Shown: positions 36,578 to 46,440 of the stretch, piece by piece
Position numbering within the stretch: position 1 is the first letter of the stretch
Layout of the letters: every line of letters starts with the position of its first letter
Source of the DNA: Pristiophorus japonicus
Taxonomy: Eukaryota
Length of the DNA: 64,000 nucleotides
Direction: 5' to 3'
Assembly: GCF_044704955.1 (NCBI RefSeq)
Contig: NC_091994.1
Location: forward strand, 94,550,001 to 94,614,000
Program-made: the position numbers and the translations under genes
The notes under the pieces: generated by a model
What the model saw: only the letters and a program-made list of their open reading frames with translations
Database searches by the model: none
What the model was told of the DNA's origin: nothing

Positions 36578-37350
36578 AAGTTTTGTAGGTTGGTTTTCAT
36601 TATTTGAAGGGGCTGCTCCATGATTTCTGGTTGCACTTCAGTTCCACGATCCTGATATTTGGGCACCCGGTGCAGAGTGGAGCGGGCAGGTCGGAGGGCC
36701 TCTTCATAGGATTGCTGCTGGGCATGGCCAAGGGGGCCATCACCTGGTCCAGGTTTTAGTGCCCGCCCCCTTTTAGCCAGGGGGCACCTGTATAATTTGT
36801 GTTTCTAGTACCCTCAAAAAAAAACCAAAAACAAAAAAAAACAAAGCGGCACTTGAAAGTTTTTTGGAGTGCGCCCTCCCCCCTTTAATCAGGGGGCACT
36901 TATTACTGATACAACTCAAAATAGTTGTACATTGGTTTTCATTATTTGAAGGGGCTGCTCCACGATTTCTGGTTGCACTTCAGTCCCACGATCCTGATAT
37001 TTGGGCACCCAGTGCGGAGGGGAGCGGGCAGGTCAGAGGGCCTCCTCATTGGACTGCTCCTGGGCCTGGCCAAGGGGGCCATCAGCCGGTCCAGGCAGCG
37101 GGCGGTCGAGGGGGTCGTTCAGCCCGACTGCCTGCCTCTCTTCCGCGGTTACATCCGAGCCAGGGTGTCCCTGGAGATGGAGCATGTGGTGTCCACCGGT
37201 ATGCTCGCGGCCTTCCGCGAGAGGTGGGCGCCGGAGGGACTGGAGTGCATCATCACCCCCGGCAACCAAATTTTACTTTGATCTGCTAGGTCTAAAGTTT
37301 CATTGTTAATTTGTGTGTTCTAGTGTCCCTTTAATAAGGGGGCACTAGGC
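36578..37350 (+). mobile_element. Tx1-clade LINE 3' ends (one partial plus one longer copy)
   Basis: ORF 36925-37281 LIFGHPVRRG...LLLGLAKGAI...FRERWAP resembles Tx1 ORF2 C-terminus; 36578-36752 duplicates 36922-37095; gggggcact-rich 3'UTR. Confidence 0.7.
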
Positions 37351-37501
37351 TTTATCGTTTAATTTAAAATAGGTTTAGATTTCTAGCTGCTTGTAAATTG
37401 CAAATTCTCAACTCCAGGGCAGGAGACACCAGCGGAGAAAATCATGTTGCATCTGTGATAGCCTTTTGAAGGGTGGCAGCAGGTACATGCTAGACACAGT
37501 A

Positions 37502-38180
37502 CAGTGTCGAGAATCCTCGAGACCGAGGCCGTTCCGGATTCCGGGCTTTTCCGGATTTTCGATCACCTTTCTGATGTCACGAATCCGGAAACACCTGGGC
37601 CCAGGTTCGGATATTTCTGGATTTTGGAATGTCAGAAAGGGTGGCCCTGCTGAGGAGCTGTTCGGGCGGGACCCCACCATCAAGGAGCAGTTCGGGCAGG
37701 GCCCCGTCGTGGAGGAGCTGTTCGGGCGGGACCCCACCATCAAGGAGCTGTTCGGGCGGTACCCCGTCACGGAGGAGGTGGTGTTTGGGCAGGGCCCCGT
37801 CGCGGAGGAGCTGTTCGGGCAGGGCCCTGTCACGGAGGAGCTGTTTGGGCAGGGCCCCGTCACGGAGGAGGAGCTGTTTGGGCAGGGCCCCGTCGCGGAG
37901 GAGCTGTTCGGGCGGTACCCCGTCGCGGAGGAGCTGTTCGGGCGGGGCCCTGTCACGGAGGAGGTGGTGTTTGGGCAGGGCCCCGTCACGGAGGAGGTGG
38001 TGTTCGGGCGGGCCGGCGAGGAGGCCCTGAAGTAAGTGCAGCGGCGGGACCCTGAGGTTAGCAGGGTCGGCGGGTTCGGATTCCGGAACATTTTATGGAT
38101 TACGGACGACCCTGCCACCGATCAGTCCGGATTCCATAACATTCCGATTCCGGGACTTGGGATTTTCGAGTCCACGCCTG
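37502..38180. mobile_element. Tc1/mariner (pogo/Tigger-type) MITE with internal minisatellite
   Basis: TA|CAG...CTG|TA ends; imperfect inverted termini (tcgagaatcc / ggattttcga); repeated ttccgga subterminal motifs. Confidence 0.6.
37648..38030. repeat. GC-rich 30-33 bp minisatellite (~12 units)
   Basis: Unit ggaggag(ctg/gtggtg)ttcgggcagggccccgtcac. Confidence 0.95.
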
Positions 38181-38378
38181 TACTCTTTAAAGATATATAC
38201 ATATATAGAGAGATGTACAGGACTGTTACATACAGTAACTGTATAAAGCAATCCAAAGCGTCATGCCACTATCAGTATCATGACTAATTTGATATTATTG
38301 ACATTACCTACAGTTGCTTTGTAAGAAATAAAATAATCTGAAAACAAACTTTACAAAAATCTCAACTAATGGAACCAA

Positions 38379-38485
38379 TATTTGCATAAAGAGATATTTG
38401 CTCAACCAAACTATTTGCATAAATACGTTGCAGTGCACCTATTTGTACAATCACAACTTCCTACACAAAACTGCTATTTGCATAA
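38379..38485. promoter_or_regulatory. Cluster of three octamer (POU) motifs
   Basis: ATTTGCAT at 38380, 38413 and 38476, each within the identical 11-mer TATTTGCATAA. Confidence 0.4.
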
Positions 38486-38764
38486 TGACGAGATAAAATG
38501 GAAGAAAAAATTCAAACGCTCCCGAATGGCATTCGGCTTTACAAAATATCAACAACATTTTATTTAAATTCGGGTTCATTGGTTTGTACTGAACCAGATT
38601 CCAGGATTTTGATCAGTATTTTTTGGATCACGATCTGCAATTCTGTTCATCGTTCCACAAAAACCACTTATAAATGACTCTCGGTATTTGAACCAGGAAA
38701 TAGGAATATTCAGACTAGATATTTATATTGAAATTGTAAATTCAGCAGAGTAATAGAGTAAGAT

Positions 38765-39180
38765 CAAAACAGAAACTGCTGTAAGTACACAGCGGGTCAG
38801 TAAGCATCTGACAAGAGAAAAGAACAAGTTCACATTTCATGTGTGGCCTTTCCTCAGAAATGAAACTGAAAGATAGTTTCCTTCATAGGGTGGAAAGTGA
38901 AAAGAGAGAGGTAACAGAAACTCCAGTCACAGAGAGGAAGTTTAATGGATTGAATTCCTGCAAAGTGCTTATTGGAGAGCAAGGAACTGTTAGCTGTTTA
39001 AAAGATGAACTTAGCTCCCTCCCCTTCTCTTTCCCCTTGTCCCTTCAACAAACAGTAAATAATAAAACTAAATCTTCAACTTCTTCTAGTTTTGACAAAA
39101 GGACCTGAAACGTTAACGCTGTTCCTCTCCACAGATGCTGCCTGGTCTGCTGAGTGATCCCAACGCTTTCTACTTTTAAT
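38765..39180. mobile_element. Penelope-like terminal repeats in inverted arrangement
   Basis: 39085-39180 (+) gacctgaaacgttaac...ctccacagatgctgcctg...ctgctgagt, with a diverged reverse-complement copy at 38765-38860; same family at 60450-60582. Confidence 0.6.
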
Positions 39181-39479
39181 TTAAATTATAAAACTAGTAA
39201 GTCACTCAGAGTTAGATTTCACATTCTGTAGATCAACACAAAATGTCCCTGGAATTTATCAACAGTTCGGCTTTTCTGGAGGTTGGTTCCCCATGTCACT
39301 CAGGATGTGGGCAGTCTTTCCCTGCACCATCTGCACTGATTACTTGCTGCCACAGGGTGGCGCCGGCAGCACTGGTTCCTCACTGTAATCTCCGCCGCAC
39401 CGATCACAACCAACAACTTTGTTAATCTTAAAGGATATTTTCCCACTAACCCCACCCCACCCACAAGCCCAGGGGGGTT

Positions 39480-39630
39480 GACTGATCCTCATAGGATAGC
39501 GATCTATAAGCACTGTCAGCTCTCTCATCTAAGTGCTCATTCTTCACGTTTCTCTAGATAGTGTGCGCTGGCAGACTGTGATACCATGACACCCTCACAG
39601 ATTAACCCAGCCCTGTCCTCACCCAGTATA
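39480..39630 (-). mobile_element. AmnSINE2-like 3' fragment
   Basis: aagtgctcattcttcac...ggcagactgtga...ccctgtcctcaccc resembles the family 3' half (from memory). Confidence 0.4.
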
Positions 39631-39640
39631 CAGGTGTATA

Positions 39641-40260
39641 GTTTATATCGAATAACCGATACCCGGGAGTGAGTTACAGACTGGAATCTAATCGAGGGGT
39701 TCGGGTGGTTTATATATAGAATAACAGATACCCGGGAGTGAGTTACAGACTGGAATCTAATCGAGGGGTTCGGGTGGTTTATATATAGAATAACAGATAC
39801 CCGGGAGTGAGTTACAGACTGGAATCTAATCGAGGGGTTCGGGTGGTTTATATATAGAATAACAGATACCCGGGAGTGAGTTACAGACTGGAATCTAATC
39901 GAGAGGTTCGGGTGGTTTATATATAGAATAACAGATACCCGGGAGTGAGTTACAGACTGGAATCTAATCGAAGGGTTTGGGTGGTTTATATATAGAATAA
40001 CAGATACCCGGGAGTGAGTTACAGACTGGAATCTAATCGAGGGGTTCGGGTGGTTTATATATAGAATAACAGATACCCGGGAGTGAGTTACAGACTGGAA
40101 TCTAATCGAGAGGTTCGGGTGGTTTATATATAGAATAACAGATACCTGGGAGTGAGTTACAGACTGGAATCTAATCGAGGGGTTTGGGTGGTTTATATAT
40201 AGAATAACAGATACCCGGGAGTGAGTTACAGACTGGAATCTAATTGAGAGGTTCGGGTGG
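39641..40260. repeat. 69-bp tandem repeat, ~9 near-identical copies
   Basis: Unit gatacccgggagtgagttacagactggaatctaatcgaggggttcgggtggtttatatatagaataaca starting at 39658, 39727 ... 40210. Confidence 0.97.
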
Positions 40261-40283
40261 CAGCAGAGGCTACAAAACTCAAA

Positions 40284-40881
40284 GGGGTCGTAGTTCGGTA
40301 CCGCTGATTTTGAGGCGGTGATACTGCCTGGTCGCCGATTTTACCGCCAGGGAGTAATTACTGCCTCAAAGTGCGAAATTCAGTTTTTTTCCCCCAAAGA
40401 TGAGAGTGGAGCGCTAAAAGAGGGGTTGTACAGTTTTCCTCGGGGGCCAACAGAGTGGTAGCTCAGGACCCCTACTCAATTTTCTGCCGCTGGGATTCCA
40501 GCATCATAGCGCCTGAAAATGAGAAAAAAATGTTAGTGAAAATTTTGTTGACCTACACCCACACTTCACCACTGCTGCCATAAATAAATAGAAGTTCAAT
40601 AAATTAAACTTCACAACTTGCCTTGCTCTGCGGACAATCACACCCCGGGATCCCCGGTGTACCAACAGCCGAGGAAGCCGGCTATCCAACTGAAGTTTGC
40701 TGCCGAGGCACCAAGGGGGCGTTGCCCGTTTGGTGATGTCACCATGTGGGTGATGGTAGAGTGTGCAGCGTTACCTCTTAGCTCCGCCCCCAGCGCCCAA
40801 CTGCATCAGTAAATGTTTATCACCCGTTAGCCGCCCCCCTCCAGCGCTAAAGGGTGGCGCAACAAACCGAATTTCGGGCCC
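40284..40881. mobile_element. Harbinger-type MITE
   Basis: TIRs GGGGTCGTAGTTCGGT ... ACCGAATTTCGGGCCC, flanked by AAA/AAA. Confidence 0.55.
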
Positions 40882-41139
40882 AAATTGTTTCCTGTCAATT
40901 AAATTCAACTCGTTGCCAAGTACCTGTTTTTGAATGAAAAAAGTGTGAAATGCCAAAGCTTGTCAAGAGTATTGTAATATTTAGTTTCATCATTCTGCCT
41001 TCTTTCTGTAAGTGTTGTTACAGTTCTCTATTCTCGGACCGAGATTGTAAGTTGTTGCTGCTGGTGTAGGAACTAACCAGACAAGCTGGGGGTGCTGGGG
41101 TTGGGTTCAAGGTTATTCCCCTGTCTTTAAGAATGATAG

Positions 41140-44100
41140 ACTCACAAAATGGTTACAGCACAGGAGGAGGCCATTTGGTCCCTCGAGCCCGTGCTGGTCC
41201 TCTGCAAAAGCGCTTCAGCCAGTCCCAGTCCCCTGCCCTTTCCCCGCAGCCCTGAAAATATTTTTCCTTCAGGTACTGATCCAATTCCCTTTTGAAAGCC
41301 GTGATTGAGTCTGCCTCCACCACCCTCTCAGGCAGTGTATTCCAGATCCTAACCACTCGCTGCGTAAAAAGGTTTTTCCTCACGTCACCTTGGTTCTTCT
41401 GCCACTCACCTTAAATCTGTGATCTCTGGATACATAAGAACATAAGAACATAAAAATTAGGAACAGGAGTAGGCCATCTAGCCCCTCGAGCCTGCTCCAC
41501 CATTCAACAAGATCATGGCTGATCTGGCCGTGGACTCAGCTCCACTTACCCGCCCGCTCCCCGTAACCCTTCATTCCCTTATTGGTTAAAAATCTATCTA
41601 TCTGTGATCTGAATACATTCAATAAGCCAGCCTCAACTGCTTCCTTGGGCAGAGAATTCCACAGATTCACAACCCTCTTGGAGAAGAAATTCCTTCTCAA
41701 CTCGGTTTTAAATTGTCTCCCCCGTATTTTGAGGCTGTGCCCCCTAGTTCTAGTCTCCCCGACCAGTGGAAACAACCTCTCTGCCTCTATCTTGTCTATC
41801 CGTTTCATTATTTTAAATGTTTCTATAAGATCACCCCTCATCCTTCTGAACTCCAACGAGTAAAGACTCAGTCTACTCAATCTATCATCATAAGGTAACC
41901 CCCTCATCTCCGGAATCAGCCTAGTGAATCGTCTCTGTACCCCCTCCAAAGCTAGTATATCCCTCCTTAAGTAAGGTGACCAAACCTGCACACAGTACTC
42001 CAGGTGCGGCCTCACTAATACCCTATACAGTTGCAGCAGGACCTCCCTGCTTTTGTACTCCATCCCTCTCGCAATGAAGGCCAACATTCCATTCGCCTTC
42101 CTGATTACCTGCTGCACCTGCAAACTAACTTTTTGGGATTCATGCACAAGGACCCCAGGTCCCTCTGCACCGCAGCATGTTGTAATTTCTCTCCATTCAA
42201 ATAATATTCCCTTTTACTGTTTTTTTTCCCAAGGTGGATGACCTCACACTTTCCGACATTGTATTCCATCTGCCAAACCTTAGCCCATTCGCTTAACCTA
42301 TCTAAATCTCTTTGCAGCCTCTCTGTGTCCTCTACACAACCCGCTTTCTCACTAATCTTTGTGTCATCTGCAAATTTTGTTACACTACACTCTGTCCCCT
42401 CTTCCAGGTCATCTATGTATATTGTAAACAGTTGTGGTCCCAGCACCGATCCCTGTGGCACACCACTAACCACCGATTTCCAACCCGAAAAGGCCCATTT
42501 ATCCCGACTCTCTGCTTTCTGTTAGCCAGCCAATTCTCTATCTATGCTAATACATTTCCTCTGAATCCGCGTACCTTTATCTTCTGCAGCAACCTTTTGT
42601 GTGGCACCTTATCGAATGCCTTTTGGAAATCTAAATACACCACATCCATCGGTACACCTCTATCCACCATGCTCGTTATATCCTCAAAGAATTCCAGTAA
42701 ATTAGTTAAACATGATTTCCTCTTCATGAATCCATGTTGCATCTGCTTGATTGCACTATTCCTATCTCGATGTCCCGCTATTTCTCACTTAATGATAGCT
42801 TCAAGCATTTTCCCCACTACAGATGTTAAACTAACTGGCCTATAGTTACCTGCCTTTTGTCTGCCCCCTTTTTTAAACAGAGGTGTTACATTAGCTGCTT
42901 TCCAATCCACTGGTACCTCCCCAGAGTCCAGAGAATTTTGGTAGATTATAACGAATGCATCTGCTATAACTTCCGCCATCTCTTTTAATACCCTGGGATG
43001 CATTTCATCAGGACCAGGGGACTTGTATACCTTGAGTCCCATTAGCCTGTCCAGCACTACCCCCCTAGTGATAGTGATTGTCTCAAGGTCCTCCCTTCCC
43101 ACTTTCCTGTGACCAGCAATTTTTGGCATGGTTTTTGTGTCTTCCACTGTGAAGACCGAAGCAAAATAATTCTTTACCATTATTAAATTCCCCTTCTCAT
43201 CTTCTAAGGGACCAACATTTACTTTAGTCATTCTTTTCCATTTTTTTATCTATAAAAGCTTTTACTATCTGATTTTATGTTTTGCGCAAGTTTACTTTCG
43301 TAACCTATCTTTCCTTTCTTTATTGCTTTCTTAGTCATTCTTTGCTGGGTTTTAAATTTTCCCAATCTTCTAGTTTCACACTAACCTTGGCCACCTTATA
43401 CGCATTGGTTTTTAATTTGATAGTCTCCTTTATTTCCTTGGTTATCCATGGCTGGTTATCCCTTCTCTTACCGCCCTTCTTTTTCACTGGAATATATTTT
43501 TGTTGAGCACTATGAAAGAACTCCTTAAAAGTCCTCCACTGTTCCTCAATTGTGCCACCATTTAGTCTGTGTTTCCAGTCTACTTTAGCCAACTCTGCCC
43601 TCGTCCCACTGTAGTCCTCTTTGTTTAAGCATAGTACGCTCATTTGAGACACTACTTCCTCACCCTCAATCTGTATTACAAATTCAACCATACTGTGATC
43701 ACTCATTCCGAGAGGATCTTTTACGAGGAGATCGTTTATTATTCCTGTCTCATTACACAGGACCAGATCTAAGATGGCTTGCTCCCTTGTAGGTTCTGTA
43801 ACATACTGTTCTAAGAAACAATCCCGTATGCATTCTATGAATTCCTCCTCAAGGCTACCCCGTGTGATTTGATTTGACCAATCGATATGTAGGTTAAAAT
43901 CCCCCATGATTACTACCGTTCCTTTTTCACATGCCTCCATTATTCCCTTGATTATTGCCCGCCCCACCGTGAAGTTATTATTTGGGGGCCTATAAACTAC
44001 TTCCACCAGTGACTTTTTCCCCTTACTATCTCTAATCTCCACCCACAATGATTCAACATTTTGTTCATTAGAGCCAATATCGTCTCTCACAACTGCCCTG

Positions 44101-46238
44101 ATATCTTCCTTTATTAACAGAGCTACCCCACCTCCTTTCCCTTCTTGTCTATCTTTCCAAATTGTCAGATACCCCTGTATGTTTAATTCACAGTATTGGC
44201 CACCCTGCAACCACGTTTCTGTAATGGCCACCAAATCATACCCATTTGTAATGATTTGTGCCGCCAACTCATTTACTTTATTTCGAATGCTGCGTGCGTT
44301 TAGGTAGTGTTTTAATACTAGTTTTTAAACCATGATTTTTAGTTTTGACCCTCCTGCAGCCCCTTTATATTCATACATATTGTCCCTTCCTATCACCTTG
44401 TGGTTTACACTTACCCCAGTGCTACTCTGCTCTGTTGCCTCCTGTCTTTTGCATTCTTTCTTAGGATCCTGTTCATCTGAGCTCTCACCCATTCTAACTA
44501 GCTCAGAGCCCTCTCCTATGTTCCAAATACTCCTTGCATTGAGGTACCGAGCTTTCATGCTTGCCTTTTTATTGACCCTTTAGAATTTTGCTGTACAGTG
44601 TTGTTTTTGTTTTTTGTTTTGGGTTTCTCTGCCCTCCACTTTTACTCATCTCCTTTCTGTCTTTTGCTTTTGTCTCAATTTTGTTTTCCTCTGTCTCCCT
44701 GCATTGGTTCCCATCCCCCTGCCATATTAGTTTATAGTTTATATTCTTGACCCTTCCGCCAATGGGAACAGTTTCTCACTCTCTACTCTGTCTAGACCCC
44801 TCATGATTTTGAACTCCTCTCTCAAATCTACTCTCAACATTCTCTGCTCTAAGGAGAACAACCCCAGCTTCTCCAGTCTAACCAGGTAACGGAAGTCTCT
44901 CATTTCTGGAATCATTCTCGTAAATCTTTTCTGCACTCTCTTTAAGGCCTTCACATCCTTCTTAAAGTGCAGTGCCCAGTATTGGACACAATACTCCAGT
45001 TGAGACCGAACCAGTGTTTTATATAGATTCATCATAAATTCCTTGCTTTTGTACTCTATGCCTCTATTTAAAAAGCCCAGGATCCCATCTGCTTTTTTAA
45101 CTACTTTCTCAACCTGCCCTGCCACCTTCAATGATTTGTGCACATATACCCCCAGTCTCTCTGTTCATGCATCCACTTTAGAATTGTACCCTTTAGTTTA
45201 TGTTGCCTCTCCTTGTTCTTCCTTCCAAAATGTATCACTTCACATTTTTCAGCGTTAAATTTCATCTGCCATGTGTCCGCCCATTCCACCAGCCTGTCTA
45301 TGTCCTCTTGAAGTCTATCACCATCCTCCTCACTGTTCACTATACTTCAAAGTTTTGTGTTATCTGCAAATTTTGAAATTGTGCCCTAATACGCTCAAGG
45401 CTAAGTCTATTAATATACATCAAGAAAAGCAGTGGTCCCAGTACCGACCCCTGGGGAACACCACTGTATACCTTCCTCCAGTCCGAAAAACAACCGTTCA
45501 CCACTACTCTCTGTTTCCTGTTACTTAGCCAATTTTGTATCCATGCTGCCATTGTCCTTTTAATCCATGGACTTCAGCTTTGCTGGCAGATCTATTATGT
45601 GGCACTTTATCAAACGCCTTTTGGAAATCCATGTACACCACATCAACCGCATTGCCCTCATAAATCCTTTGTTACCTCATCAAAAAACTCAATCAAGTTA
45701 GTTAAACACAATTTGCCTTTAACAAATCCATGCTGGCTTTCCGTAATTCACCCACACTTGTCCAAGTGACTGTTAATTTTGTCCCGGCTTATCGTTTCTA
45801 AAAGATTCCCCACTACTGAGATTAAACTGACTGACCTGTAGTTGCTGGGTTTATCCTTACAACCTTTTTGAATAACCATGTAACATTTGCAGTTCTCCAG
45901 TCCTCTGGCACCAGCCCCATATCCAAGGAGGATTGGAAGATTATGGCCAGTACCCCCACAATTTCCACCATTACTTCCTTCAGTGTCCTAGGATGCATCC
46001 CATCTGGTCCTGGTGACTTCTAGCTTTTCTAGTACCTCCTCCTTATCAATTTTTATCCCATCCAGTATCTCAACTACCTCCTCTTTCACTATGACTTTGG
46101 CAGCATCTTCTTCCTTGGTGAAGACAGATGCAAAGTACTTGTTTAGTACCTTAGCCATGCCCTCTGCCTCCATGCGTATGTCTGCATTATGGTCCCTAAT
46201 CTGCCCCACCCCTCCTCTTACTACCCGTTTACTATTTA
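41140..46238 (-). mobile_element. Older CR1 LINE split by a younger CR1; pieces 41140-41431 and 44740-46238
   Basis: ORF2 end (FTQRVVRIWNTLP) at 41153-41383 continues collinearly at 44743; RT motifs [17 protein letters not shown]. Confidence 0.88.
41432..44735 (-). mobile_element. Young CR1 LINE, near-complete ORF2 (APE endonuclease + RT), frameshifted
   Basis: EN: DLVAITETW, VYRPP, GDFN, LDLVL, SDH (43335-44267); RT motifs to 41536; tail (cataagaa)n; same subfamily as 19551-20968. Confidence 0.95.
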
Positions 46239-46239
46239 T

Positions 46240-46440
46240 GGGCTCAAAATTGGCCAGGAGTTGCTCCGTTTTTTTTGGAGCAACTTGATTTTTCTGGAGT
46301 ATCTTAAAAATCCCCATTTTGCACATTCAATTTGTACCAGTGTAAGTGAGTTGTTACGATTTTTTTAGTTTAGTTTTTTTTTCAATAGGGGAGCGTTACC
46401 AACCACCTACGCCTGTTTTGGCCATTTAGGCCACTTTGGG
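46240..46440. mobile_element. Terminal arm of a Harbinger-type element
   Basis: Begins GGGCTCAAAATTGG, similar to the other MITE termini; truncated. Confidence 0.4.

Noticed and set aside
37408-38118. 236-aa and 189-aa repeat proteins
   Set aside because: ORFs arise from a stop-free triplet-phased minisatellite inside a MITE; no gene structure.
39641-40260. CRISPR array
   Set aside because: Head-to-tail identical units with no unique spacers; vertebrate context; no cas genes. Same for 59267-59671 and 60583-61148.
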